Shown here: positions 46,151-59,519 of the stretch, one piece after another
How positions within the stretch are numbered: the stretch's first letter is position 1
How the letters are laid out: the number at the start of each line of letters is the position of its first letter
Assembly (NCBI GenBank): GCA_964019425.1
Contig: OZ025784.1
Span: forward strand, 1 to 64,000
Direction: 5' to 3'
Source: Flectonema sp. DT1601
Taxonomy: Eukaryota
Length of the DNA: 64,000 nt
Notes under the pieces: generated by a model
What the model was told of the DNA's origin: nothing
The model's input: the letters and a program-made list of their open reading frames with translations, nothing else
The model's database searches: none
Translations under genes and position numbers: made by a program

Positions 46151-47620
46151 GTTAGTTAGTTAGTTAGTTAGTTAGCAAGTCCATCAGACCACCGAGTATC
46201 GGTTAGGTAGACACTCAAAGAGTACCGGGTGGCTCTTCTGAGGGTCCCCAATACTGCGGCAGTAGGAAGAACCTAATCCCGGGGGATTATTTTGTTAGTA
46301 TCAGCACAGGGCATACTAGATCAGGAGACCTAGAAACACTTTGCTTCCACCTTGTCCGGTATACTAGCAGGAAACCACGCAATTAAGTAAACAACAAAAA
46401 AAAAAAAAAAAAAAAAAAAAAAACTAGTTCTAATCTGAAACACTAAATAAACTTGATATTATGATGAAAAAATAAAACAAAATAAAATAATATAAGATAA
46501 CATAAAATAAAATAGATGAATTTAATAACTCAGTAAACACAGTTGATGATTTCAGGGATTAATTTTGAATAGTATATCTATGTAACTCCGAGTCGGAGGA
46601 CCTCGCACCTTGTAGTCGAACCACTTCCGTTCTATCCGCTCATAGTTGGCGTAGTGGATCTTATTGAGCAGATCAGTAAATTGAGTCTTTTCTATACCAT
46701 TATAGCAGAAAAGCTCAACTGTCCACAGAAAATTGTGTATTTCCTCGATCACCGTGTGATTGTAGGCATTATCGATGGCTTGTAAGACTTCGAGCTTATC
46801 TCGAGAAGTGAGTTTCGGAAGGTTAGAGAATTTAACAAGATGCCTCAATAACCACTGTCTCGGCAGGGCCGCACGCAGCGGAAAGCTCTGCAGGTAGCTC
46901 TCCAGGTCCTTCAGCATTGCAGCTAGTTTCGGCTGATTCTCTGTGGCAAAGAACGTATGGTGGTGTTGTCCGTCATTTGTCGGGTCATCGCATTGCGGGA
47001 TGTCCGGGAAGAATTGCTGCACTATGATCCTCGCGCCATTACATCTCGAGAGAAGGTGATGTGCGTCTGTGTCGGTGTGATTACAGAATCGACAGTCAGT
47101 AAGACCCAAGGCAGGGAGCTTTACCAGTTCGTGATGACCCGTTCTCACTCGGGCTATAATAATCTCGTCACTTCTTAAAAGGTCCTGATGGAACTTCTGT
47201 ACCCTACCAGACGATGTTGCCAAGTTGTGGACGTGTCGCGTATCTCGGGAGCGAAGCCATGCTTTTCTGACTTGGTTCACAATTGAACATTGAGCCATTC
47301 GGTAGTCAAAGGGAACCTCCGTGAGCGGTATCTCAGATGACGCAGCTTTGGAAGCCAGGCTATCAGCTAACTCATTTCCAATAACACCACAATGAGAAGG
47401 TACAAACTGCATCGTAAACGGGCGATTCAGGGTGGAAATCTGGCTGAGAATCTCGTGGTTGGTGCGCGAATGCTGGCAGAGGTACCCCTTGGCCAAGCTA
47501 CTCAGCGATGACTGGCTGTCGGATATGATGTGTATCCTGCCGTTCGGTAGTTGTGGCGAATTATCGCGGACGATATCCAGAGCCGAGATCAAAGCCCTCT
47601 GTTCTGCGTTAAAAGCCAGT
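46151..47620 (-). mobile_element. 5'-truncated non-LTR retrotransposon LINE-C with (TAAC)n tail
   Basis: RNase H remnant and Cys/His motif, ~375-nt 3' UTR, tandem TAAC tail (GTTA repeats at 46151-46175). Confidence 0.8.
46552..47616 (-). pseudogene. C-terminal part of a LINE ORF2 (RNase H plus CxxC...H...C)
   Basis: FNAEQRAL, IISDSQS, FVPSHCGVIGNELADSLA, RVRTGH, CRFC...HHL...C. No RT or APE upstream. Confidence 0.82.
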
Positions 47621-48978
47621 CAGTCACTGTTTGTAGGCTCCATAGAATTCAAATCGAAGGGAGGGTTTTTTTTTTTTTTTTTTTTTCTCATTTTCTGAGC
47701 CACGAAAAAACAAAATAACCTCCGTGCAAAAACACCACCTTTACAGGGATCGCACACAGATTACTTTTCCAGATTGCTTTTATATATTCTCAACACATAT
47801 GAGTGTCACCTTTTTACAAGGATTTTTTTTTTTTTTTTTTTTTAAAAAGAGTTTTTCGTTTTAATTAAATCCCCCCCGCATTAAAGAAATTTGTGTATTT
47901 TTTTTTTTTTTTGTAAAAAAACCCAGCAATCACCGTTACTTTATAAAAAAAAAATCGTAAGGACATCATTCTGCTTCGAACAACACCAACTAAAATTATA
48001 ACAGAAAAAGAGTAAAAAAAAAGATAATAAAAATTGACAAAAACAACAAAGTGAGGGGAGAGTCGGGGGCATCACGAAAGTGAGTGTGCAGAGCGGCACA
48101 TGTCTGTATTTATATAAAGCTTCTGCATTGCTTTGTTCAGTTGCTCATTTGAATCCTCCGCAAGAAAAAAACGAAAAAAAAAAAAAAAAAGCTACTACGA
48201 GCGGCCTAAAAAACTCGGCGCTAACAGTAAGCAACAACATCACAAAAACAACGCATCTGCTGATACAAAACAGACGGCGCTAACACTTCAGAAGTGATGA
48301 TTCGATCCTTGGCTCACAAAGTACAGAATGTTGATAAAACTTTTTTTTTTTTTTGTGTTGTGTCTGACTGAACCAGCATTTTTGATGTCAGGCAGTCGAG
48401 AGAAAGGTTCTTGTGGGACAACATTTTTTTTTATTATTATAAAAAAAAAGAAACGAGTGTGTCTCCAAATACGTGAAAAAAAAAAAAACAACACAATTTT
48501 TTTTCCAATAAAAGTTTGCAAGTTACACACCAGTTGTGAAAATAGAGACAAACGACGTGCATTGCTATTTTAAGACAAGAGAATTGCACAACAAAACAAA
48601 GACAAATAACACGAACCTATCATCTCCTTTTCCCTATAAATGACGTGAGGGATGACAACGTCGTTAAGAACGACTTCGCGGAGAGGGGGAACTTTTGAGT
48701 GGATATGACAAAAGAAACTGATATAATATAAAAAAAAAAGAAATCAGAAACATAAATCTTTTCAGAATATTTTTTCGTTCTTTACATTTTTTTTTTTTTT
48801 TTTTTTTTCAAACATTGCAGAACTGGGTGGCTAGCAGCCAGCTGATTTTTTTTTTTTTTTTTTTTTTTTGTTTTTTTCATTTCTCCCATTTATTTTTTTT
48901 TACCATATAGCCAGGGTTTTTAGCTAGGGTCCCAAGCCAGTAATCTCTGTGTAGATATAACACCAGGCTAGGGAGATA

Positions 48979-48981
<3 letters not shown>

Positions 48982-49026
<45 letters not shown>
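48982..49026. repeat. (CT)n microsatellite
   Basis: About 22 CT units. Confidence 0.9.
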
Positions 49027-49034
<8 letters not shown>

Positions 49035-49779
49035 TCTTTCAAAGTTCATGATGATGAGGAAACAATCTCACACCATAGTCGCAATCCGCAAGAGGTAAAT
49101 GTTTTATTCGAAAACTAGCAGATGTATAGTGTATAAACCGAACTCATGGTTTTAAGCGAAATAGAAACCTCTTGATATCAAAATGAAGCTTCAAAAAAAA
49201 AAAAAAAAAAAGAACAGAAGGAAACAAACAAATAAATAAAAGTAACGACTTTAAACCAAACCAATGAATCAACTAGAGCGACAGACACAGATGGCTTTGC
49301 TAGCACCGCATGTTTGTAACTTCTTTTTGCAACAAGCGTTGCTTTACGTCATCTCATTTTTTTGAAGTTATGAATGATAAATTGTTAGCTGACACGATTC
49401 ACTGAAATAAAGACATCAGGTTGCTTTTAAGTCAATCGTTGATTCGTCTCAGAGAGCCCATCAAAAAAAAAAAAAAAGAAAAAGAAAACTAAAGAAATAG
49501 AAAAAACTTCTCAACAACAACAGTGTGTGAGACTCTAAAATCAATAAAAAAAAAAAATAATAAATTTTGTGTGGAAAATTTTTTTAAGAAAAAAATATGG
49601 TGCAATAATAATGGAAGACAGACAGACAGACAGACGTGTGAGAACGAATGGGACGATGGTAGAATAACTAACCTTTCGTTTTCCCTTTTTTTTTTACAGG
49701 AAAAAGATACAAAGCGCTCACAACACGCCAACTAGTACGCAGCAATCGAAGTAAACGGAGATAGGGTGTCGATAGTTAG

Positions 49780-50283
49780 TTAAGAGCATTGAAATAGAGA
49801 AGCAAATTCCTCTGCGAATTGACGGCAGTCATCAGGATCCCAAGTATCATCAAAAGGGAGTTGGTCGGCAGTCCAATGCGGATGATCTATAGCCGACTTC
49901 CACATCGAATCGAAATTCTCTTCTCGACGTTGTTTTGTACAAAAAACTCGAAATAATTCGGAATTGACATCTGCTGCGAGCTTTCCATTTGTAAGTTCAC
50001 ATATTCTAGTTGGCTCTGCTTCTACTCCTTTTATTACTGAGAAGCTGACAACGATTACTCTTTTCTTAAAACATATTCGATCTTTTCCCTTTACCTTCTC
50101 CTCTTCTCCTATTTTAAGCCCGGAGATGTATCTTTCGTTGAATTCTTCGATGACTTCGAAATTATCACTCATTTCCCTCTCAATGCCGTCTCTTTCTGTT
50201 CCTTCGCTGTATCGAGCTCCTCGTATAGGACAACATCGAGATACGTGTGGTCCCTGACACTCCCGGCATGTTATAAATGTCAT
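49780..50283 (-). CDS. Hypothetical 167-aa protein with an N-terminal Zn-knuckle-like motif
   Basis: ATG-initiated ORF without homopolymer runs in an otherwise low-complexity region; CRECQGPHVSRCC. Confidence 0.5.
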   Translation of the reverse strand: MTFITCRECQGPHVSRCCPIRGARYSEGTERDGIEREMSDNFEVIEEFNERYISGLKIGEEEKVKGKDRICFKKRVIVVSFSVIKGVEAEPTRICELTNGKLAADVNSELFRVFCTKQRREENFDSMWKSAIDHPHWTADQLPFDDTWDPDDCRQFAEEFASLFQCS

Positions 50284-51826
50284 TGTTTTATTATTAACCT
50301 ATAAAGTAGCTGATGAGAGAGGGAGGAGAGTAATTTTTCGTTTAGTATAGCTGAATATCACAATATAACAAAGCAAAAATCAACGTTGACGGGAAAATTC
50401 ATATTCGTTTTTCACTATTTTTTTTTTTTTTTTTTTTTTTTGTCATAGTACTCTTGCTATTGTTTATTTATTATTATTATTATTTTTTTACACCCTTTTC
50501 TTTTTTTTTGATTCTTCCTTTTTTTTTTTTCTCGTTCCTTTTCGTTCTTTCATTCTTTCGTTTACTGCTTTTTTTCCTTCAAAAAAAAAAACAGAAAATG
50601 AAAACTTTTTTTTAAAAAAAAAATGGGGGTGTGAAACTAAACTTTGACAATATTACAACTTAACTTGTGGAAGAAATACTTGTAGTTGTTAATCAAAGAA
50701 AAACGGTACGGTGGGAATAACAAAGTTTAGGTGAGAGACGCAATTAAATAGTTTTTTAGTGAGGGTTTTTTGTCACTTTTGATTTGCTGCTTCTGTTCGT
50801 GATCTTTATTTCCTTTGCAATAATTTTTTTCTTCTTTTTTATATCGGGGTGTGTTCCTTTTAAAAAGGTTTTCCGATTTGGTTCGTCTTTGTGACCGAAA
50901 AAAGGGGAAAAAGTAAAAAAAAATCTTTTCGAGTTTTTTTACTTTCACTGCTGACTAATTTCCAGCCTGAATTTCTTTTTTTCTTTTTTTTTTTGATTTG
51001 TTTGTTGTCGAACAGTTCCGACTTGACTTTTCGGAAAGCGTTTTTCTCTTTTTTTTTTTTTTTTTTTTTTCTTTGTGCCTCTTAGGTCCTTTACTTAAAA
51101 TACTTTTATGAACTTTCTCATTATTGGGACCCGCTTTTTTTTTTTGTTGCTGTTTTTCGTTTCTTCCTTCCTTTTTTTTTTTTTTTTAAATTTATCTAAC
51201 AACGTACGACTCTAAACAGCGAGTGGAAGATGAAAAAAACCACTTTAACCGTACTTGCCGGATGGGTGCGTATCGTTACCAAGCCCTGCGACATTTGCTC
51301 AGGAATTTGTTTCATCATCTTCAACGTATCAGGAAAGACATAGCGCGCGTGCTCTTGCAGTTTCAGTTGTCCTCACAAATGACGCAGAAATATTCTTCGG
51401 GGGACGGGAAAGGTACCTTGCAGTTCACGCGCTTCAATGACCTTCCCCTTTATATAAAACGCTATTTTTTTTTATTTTTTTTTGAAACCCGAAAACATCC
51501 AACATAAAACGACAGGGTTGCCCGTCGTGGTATCGACACGAGTGTGAGAAAAGAACGGCTTCAAAGGGATAACAAAATAGTTGTTCAAAAGCCAGAAAAA
51601 ACGAAAGAAGAAAAAAAAGAGAGCACCCCGCACACGGTAGGTGCGAAGGGGAGACAAGTAACCATAAAACAAACCGAAACAAATAACATCAGGGATTAGG
51701 GCAAGCTTTTTTTTTTTTTTTTTTTTTTTCAATTATCAAAAAAAAAAAAAAAAAAAAAGAGAGATTACATAAAAAAAGGTTAACGACACACCCCGAAAAG
51801 CAAATTACATAATTCCTGTCTGTTTT

Positions 51827-51857
<31 letters not shown>

Positions 51858-54800
51858 CAAGGTCAGGAAATGGCACTCACCGAAGCACACCAACCAAATA
51901 GGGAGATATTCGACAGTAATAACCAGTCAGGCTGATCAGAAAGAAACTGTCACTAGGGATAGAGTTCAACCGTAGCTGAAATCGATTAGAGCCGTGTGAA
52001 ATAATCCAAAAAAAACAAAAAAAAAACGTGTCCTTGAAATAAAATACTAATTTTTGAAGTCGGGGAAGCTAACTATAATACTTTTCCCCCCCTTCGCGTC
52101 TAAAACTGCAACAAACAAAAAGAAAAGATCAAGAAGGGGGAAAGCAGAGCATTATTGGCTTAGCAGAGTCGCTTCCAAGAAGAAAAAGTCAGTGAAAAAA
52201 AAGAGCAGAATAATTACATCAAACAAAAAAAAAAAAAAAAAAACCCATGGGGTACTAGATATGCGAGACTCAAGCGCCTATGCGCATGAAACTCATAAGG
52301 TGTATTGGTTAAGAATGACAAGAAACAGAAGGGAGGGGGGAAAAAAAAAAAAAAGATTTTTTTTTTCCCCCCTCCCTTCTCTTTCTCACAATAATGCACT
52401 CAGCAAGGTAGGCAAGACGAAAGTCTGCGTATCAACTATAGAGAAACACACCCGTAGGACATAGCAGCGTTGAATGTGAGAAAGAACGCTACTTGTTTTT
52501 GTTTTACGTTTTTGCTTCTCAATTGCATTAAAAGAACAGAAGAAGAAAAAAAAAAAAAAAGAACATTTTTGCTTTTTATGCTCAACTGTTTTCACAAAGA
52601 ACATAATCCTCAAAATATATTTTTTAAAAAAATAAAAAAAAACAAGCAAAATTGCTCAAAACGAAAAAGTCTCATTAAAGAACCCTTATGGTGTTCTTCG
52701 ACAACAAAGTATAATCGAAGAATAGTGTTTATTACAAGGGGAAGAAAAAAAAACTCCCCTCCCATTTTTTTTAGAATAGCGAAGTAACAGAATTTTCGAC
52801 AGATGCATCTGCAGTATGCAATCACACTAATAATGTTGCGTGTCCGGTTTACTCTGCTGCCTCGGAACAATTCATACATCATGAAAGGAGAAAAAAAAAT
52901 TGTTTTTTCCCTTTTTTTTTTTTTTAAATTTATTTCTCCACCCTCCCCCCCCTTTTAATTCCTTTTTTACCAACAAAACAAAATAAAATAAATAGTCAAC
53001 ATCATAACAAGAAACTAGAAGCCAGGTTGGAAATTCATCAAAATGAATGGGGACCGTGTGCTGAAAAATAATAACAAAACGAATTTTCTAAGTAACAAAT
53101 AAAAAGGGAAAGAGAAAAGAGAGCCGCTGCTCACAACAGGGTAATGCAGTCACAGAATGAAGAAAAAATATGAAAACTGAGTAGCCGTAGAAAATAATAA
53201 TTTTTTTTTAAAAAAACTAAAGAAAGGGGGATAAAAAAAAACACGCAAAGAACAGTTTTTTTTTTTTTCAAAACCCACAAAGAAAAAGAAATACCCCACA
53301 CCAGACACATAATTCATATATTTTTTTTTTTTTTTCTTTTCTTTTCTTTTCCTTTTTATTTTTTTTTTTCCCGATTTTTATGAACCAGAAGATACTGTTT
53401 TTCTATCTCAGGAGCGAAATCGAGAAGAAAAAGAAAAAGAAAAAAAAGAGAAGAAAAAAAACAGGTGCGGAAACAGAAATGGTCCGATGATCAATAAATA
53501 ACTTGTTAAAAAAAGAAAAATACATCTCTTACTCTCTCTTACTCAACAAGTAACAACTTTATAAAATAACAAGCAGAAAGCAGAAACTAATTGGGAAGGG
53601 AAGAGCAAAAATGAAAGGAGAAAATTATGAAAAAAAAAGAGCCAATAAAACCCTCCTCCTCTTCCTCTTTTTTTTTTTTTTTTTTCGTTTTTTTTTCTTG
53701 AAAACATCTCTCACTGAGAGCAGCAGTTCGAGGTTATCAACGACAGCTCCTTGACAATATCCTACTACTGCTCTCATTGCAAGAATAGTCCGTGGAATGG
53801 AAAAAAAAAATCAACAAAGTCTTAAAAATAAATAAGCTGATCAGTGAGTCACACTACTACCCTCTAATAGATGTTTAAAAAAGAGTTGCCAGTTGTGATC
53901 AATTTATCGCATTGGATATTGTTTAGTCAGATATTCGTAGTGTTGTTGTTGTTCATCAAATCCAATCAAAAAAAAAAAAAAAAATATGCAACAAAATAAT
54001 CCAACAAGGTCATAATCTCATCAACGAAATTAGACCAGGAAAGCTTTTTTTTTTTTTTTTTTTTATATCGCGTTTCCGCAAATGGCAATCGGAAGAAGGA
54101 AACGAAACGGGTTCTTTTTTTTTTTTTTTTGAATAAAATAAAGAAAACAAAACAAAAAAAAAAAAAAAATATATATCCCACACATTCATCGTCACGTACA
54201 TGCATAGGAAGGGAGAAAGCTCTCCAAAAAGAAATGAAAAAAAAAAAAAAAAAATTACAGCACACAATAAACATAATTTGTAGATAAAAGCACTCAAAAA
54301 ACAATTGTGATAGGCTCAATGAATATAAACCGATTATTGAAAGCACTACTATGTACCTATGATTTATGACATGATGAGAAGTAAGTAGGAAGAGTGGTTT
54401 CCGTTTCTCAGCCTTTTTTTTTTGGGTCAAAAGATTACCTCCAAGTACTTCAACATACGAAGTCATTGAAGTGAATAAGTAAAACAGTTTTTGAAGAAAA
54501 TGTGCGCCCAGATTTACTAATTCAAAGAAAAAGAAGAAAGGGGAGGAAAGTAGAGTGAGAAAGTTCATTCTTTTTTTTTTTTTTTTTTTTTTTTTTTTGA
54601 CACACTTTCTGCATTTTGCTTGTTTTTTTCGCCTTTTGACACTACCATTCGGGTACGAGAAGAAAGAAACAAAAAGAAAATAATAATAATAAAAAATGAG
54701 GGTTCAACAGAATTGTGACTATATGAGAGGAAAAAACGAAATTAAAACAGCAGAACTCACCTTGGAGCTAAACATCACCGTGTGGACTGTTTTATTTTTA

Positions 54801-55594
54801 TTTTTTTATTTTTTATTTTATTTAAATGTCACACTTTGTCGAGAAACAGAATCGATACTTTAAGAGTTGGGGACCCAACAAATAATAACTTTTTTTTTTT
54901 TTTTTTTTTTTAGATTCCAATTGTGGCTGCAAACACATCGAAGCAAAGCAAGCAACGGGGTTGGGGGGCTACTAACAAAATAACAGGAAAGAGATATAAA
55001 AATTATTTAAAAAAAAAAGAACACGTAAAAATAATTCTTATTTCATGGACGTGACAATGTTTTGGAGGTGAGTGATGAATATAAAAAATAAAAATAAAAA
55101 ACATGACTTTTGACAAAACAATAAAAACTAAATCCGTTGAGGAATTCTGATGCGTCTCGTCTCTGCGAGTCGATCGGTTGAAAGGGAAAAAACGAAAAAC
55201 CAGATGAGTTCTAATTCTGCTTTGATTGACAGCAACAATTATAACAAATAACGGGCTTTTCTGAATAGTTTCTTTCTCTGAATTTCGTCGGGGAGCAACA
55301 ACAACAAAAAAAAAAAAAAAAAAAAAAAACTATGTCCTTCTTTATTCTGCAGATAATTTCCATGTTAGGTCAATTCGAAAAAAGAACGAAACAAAAAAAT
55401 AAAAATAAAAAAAAATATATTCGTTCTAAAATTCTTTTTATCTAAGGACTCCGGCTGAAAAGAGTTCGTGGACTCGGTTTTTGGACAATTTTACGAAAAA
55501 AAAATGAAAATACTCTTTTTTTTTCTCGTACTCGCGGAAGTCAGACTGGGAGTCTATAAGCGTGAATAAACTTTCAGGGAGTCGGTAGATAACC

Positions 55595-58500
55595 CTATCC
55601 GATTAAGAAAGGTTTTTTTAAAAGTTTTTTAGCACTTGTTCTGGCATCTGGATCGCGTATGATGCAATGCTTTACAAAGGCGACCACATCATCGTGGAGG
55701 CCATCAGGGATTCTTGGCATCATGCTGTCGTCACTACCGAGTCTGAAAGTGAATGCCTGAACATTATAACCTTCTGAGAGATCCCAAGTGATGTGAAGTT
55801 TACCAGCTGCCAATTCAACTAAAACAATACCAACTGCCCAGATATCACTTTCTCTTTGAGTTTCACCACGACATGCTTCAGGTGCCATGTACAGAGGGGT
55901 TCCAACTATCTTAGTCTGCTGAGACTTGTTCGGATCTTCGTTAGTCATTCTCATCAATTTTGCTGCAGCACCAAAGTCTCCCAACTTGCACTGTCCATCA
56001 GGAGTCATCAGAACGTTGTGAGGCTTTAAATCTCTGTGAACGATGTTATTTCTGTGTAAGAAGTCAAGACCTGATACAATATTACTAATGTAACGTTTCA
56101 CTACTGGAAGGGGAAGGGCTCCAAAATCTTTTATAACTCCGTCGAGCGAACCACCAGCAACGTATTCCATTACAATAATTACAAAAGAGTCGCAGACCTC
56201 ACTTCCTAAGTAGGAGACGACACACTCGTGACGGAGTTCGTTGAGGAAATCGACTTCTTTTTGTAATTCTTCAATTTGCTTGTTTAGTCTGTTGTCGCTT
56301 TGACTGCTTTGTGTGATAGGTAGCTTTACAATCTTACAGGCTGCTAATGTTCCTTCACCCTGTTCCATTCCAAGAGCTACCTCACCATACCCACCTGCTC
56401 CTAAGCTCTTCTTTGATCGCAACCAGTTATTCTGTCTTGTAGTTGTGTTTGTTTTAAAGTTGTGTGGAGGTTGTCTTCTCGTAAAACGCTTTACTTGCAT
56501 ATTATTAATGTTACACTTGTACCTCTCCATAAGAGAATGGTCACCAGATGTTTCTAAAGAACTTTCTCCATCACCACTACTTTGTTCTATTAGTTTCATA
56601 GAAGAACCTTTATTCTTTAACGCTTCCATTACTGGTTGTGGTAATTCTACTGTTTCTGATCCGTTTTCAAGATCTTGCCATCCGAGAGAACGTCTGCAGA
56701 AGATCTCAGCTTCGTGATCGCCCTTTAGAGAAATTCTAAGAAGGCGAAGAGCTTGGTCGTCTCCGGGTAAGGATTGCAGGTAAGACGTGAACGACTCACT
56801 TGCTTCAGTGTATCTGCTGTCAGTAATTGCAGAGAACCCTTCAGTGTAAACTTTTCTGTATTTAGTCCCACAGTCCCATTCCATTAATTCATAGACTGTA
56901 GTTGTTCCAGTTTGTTCTCTGTCTGGGTTTGGTGGTACAGAAATCACATCAATAGGACGTCCTTTAATTGTACTTCTGACCTTTTCATAAACAGAAGAAG
57001 ATGCCACCACGTGACACTTTAGTCTTCTTCCTAATGTGCTGAGTGCTGCGACTAACCCAACTGGGTCGCCGATTACAATACTCGCTCTGTATTTATCAAG
57101 TCCCGCGATACCAACCTGTACCTGTCCTCTTACAATAGACACTCCCCACCAAACTGGATTATCTGGTGTAGTTATGCTGTACTTCTGTCTAAGAACTTTT
57201 GCAATAGCAAGTCCGCAGTTAACTCCCTGAGTTGTGTGAATTGGGTATGGAACGTGAGTGTTCCAGGCTAACAATACTCCAGTTCCTACAACTTGTAGTG
57301 TAACAGACTCGTGGGTACGCCCAACGTTTAAGACCTGCTCTACGAATCCAGACTGTTTGTTTAGTTGTTTTAGTTACGTTTTGTTAATTAATATTTTAAC
57401 ACTAATCAAATACATACCAAAAGGTAACCGTCAATTTCAGACGCGTCAAGCTCCACCAAAACGAGTGTAGCGAGTCGGGTCTTGAGAGACTTCTCTGTTC
57501 CCTGCAACATTTGAAATTTAATTCCACGAGACTGAACACTTCCGATGGTAGTGCTCATGGCTGAGGCGGTATCAGAAGTTGTGTCGTCAATTGCAGATTG
57601 AGAGAATGCCGGGATCATTCTTCTCTTTGATGGATCGAACGTGTCGCAATGTTCAACTTGCATAACTCTATCACCGACAACACCATCGTGGACTAAAGGG
57701 TTGGTCTCATCTTCGTTAAAAGCCTTACCAGTATCACGACGGACTCCCTCAGGAATGAAAGGTCTGTATGCAAACAACCAATCAGTCATCGTGTAGAATG
57801 ACATTCTCATTTTCTCGACCTCATCGATGTACACTTTTCCCATAGTGTCGCATATCGCTTGAGCTTCTTCCAAGTCTTCCATCTTACCAGCGGTTTGGAG
57901 TGCCATTGAAATCCTACTCATTGGTCTCGCGATTAATATAATCTCAATAGCAGCCAACACGAGATCAACAAAGAAGACAATTCCAACGAAAACAAGAAGA
58001 AATGTAACAGCGCGAGTCACCTTATGTTTAACGACTGATGTAGGACGTAACCAAATGATGACTGGATCAATAATAACTGTTAAGGTTCCAGCGAGATCTG
58101 TATTTCCATTGTTGACGTATTCAAAGAGAAAGACGTCTTTTCTTCTAATGAAATGTTGTTCTCCACCAACTTCACGTTCTGAGAACTCTGGTGGAGGGTT
58201 TACTGTGTGAGTAGCGTTCTGAACCCGACCAGCATCACGATCATCGAGAAGGTAAGTAGCAGCATCTCTAGTACGACGATTAACAATCTTGTCAATTGGT
58301 CTTAGACAGTGAACCCAAGATGATGAAACTGGGTCGTTAATTGAACATCCAGCTTCTCTTCCTTCATTGAAGATTACATTACTGTTGTCGGAGTCTGCGA
58401 AAACTCTTCTTTTTGTTCCATCGACGACAATGACTGTATCTTGTTTGTTCATTTGTTTGTGTTCTTGTAGAATACTAAACCAACTGAAATAAATCATATA

Positions 58501-59292
58501 TCCACTCACTAACACGCTGTCACATCGCCAGAGCGGATTTGGATACTTTGGAGGGTCAAAGATCATGTCGTATGCCTGGATTAGATATGTCACTCCTTGT
58601 TGTCCTGGTTGTCCTCCTGTGGTTGCGTCAACCCAAACCTGAGGTTGTCTCCAGGTAGCTTTTCCCCATGATGGTTGGTTGATTGCTTTCCATTCTAATG
58701 TTCTAGAGTGGTAACCCTTTGCAGAAAAGTTATAACTATCTCCATTTGGTAATCCGGTAATGCTATCAAGACCTGTTACGTTTACTAAGAAAGGTTCTGC
58801 TAGTCGATTGCTTTGAGGACCATCTCTAACTGCGTGTACGTATTTTCGATCAAATTTACCATCACCGAGAGCCTTAACGTCATACCAAACATGATGGTAT
58901 GTGAATGACGTATCGTTTAGATCAGAAGCTTCGTTTGTTAAACAAATGACCCCAGCTTCTTGAAGAATTGGTGATTCTCTTATTAATGAGAATTGATACC
59001 ATTTTGTAAGTTCTCGATATACGTGTCGTGTTGTCTCTTCATTAGCACCGTCTAACATACTCCAATCGTAGCCATAAAGAAATGATTGAAGTGCCTTGGC
59101 GTGTTCTTGTGGTACAGAATAAAAATCATTCAGTCTTGCTTGCAATGCTTCAGTTTGTGATGAACTCAATTCATTAACAGTGTCTTTTAAACTACTGAGA
59201 GACTCAAAGTACAGCCACAGACCTCCTGCGAGCGACGCTCCAGTAGAGACGAAGGTCGTGACGCATAACACCCACTTAATTGATATGGGCAT
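55595..59292 (-). CDS. Receptor-type protein: two TM segments, extracellular domain, degenerate class III nucleotide cyclase domain, STE/MAP3K-like kinase
   Basis: Likely ATG at 59292 (MPISIKW). TM segments WVLCVTTFV... and FLLVFVGIVFFV.... Intron 57353-57417 joins the two ORFs in frame. Cyclase-like GQVQVGIAG...IGDPV; kinase GAGGYGEV, MEYVAGGSL, HRDLKPHN, DFG, GTPLYMAPE. Confidence 0.88.
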
Positions 59293-59519
59293 CACGTGTT
59301 TTCTGTGATGAAAATAAACATAATAATAAAACAAAACAAACCAACACATCACAAAATCTCTAACTAGCAAAAGGATACAAAACATTATAATAAAGAAACC
59401 TACACAAAACACATCCACAATTAAGTTAAAGGCGAACTCTACCAACGGAGAGTTTATTAGCAGATCGAAAAGAAATACAAAAATACAAAAACAACAGATG
59501 CGAACATCGTTGCGATAAG

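Noticed and set aside
47736..47749. 14-nt match CACCTTTACAGGGA to the 5' end of the YR element's A repeat
   Set aside because: It does not extend on either side; likely coincidental.
43259..55500. Many short Phe- or Lys-rich ORFs (e.g. 53966-54568, 52054-52464)
   Set aside because: Products of poly-T and poly-A tracts in intergenic DNA.
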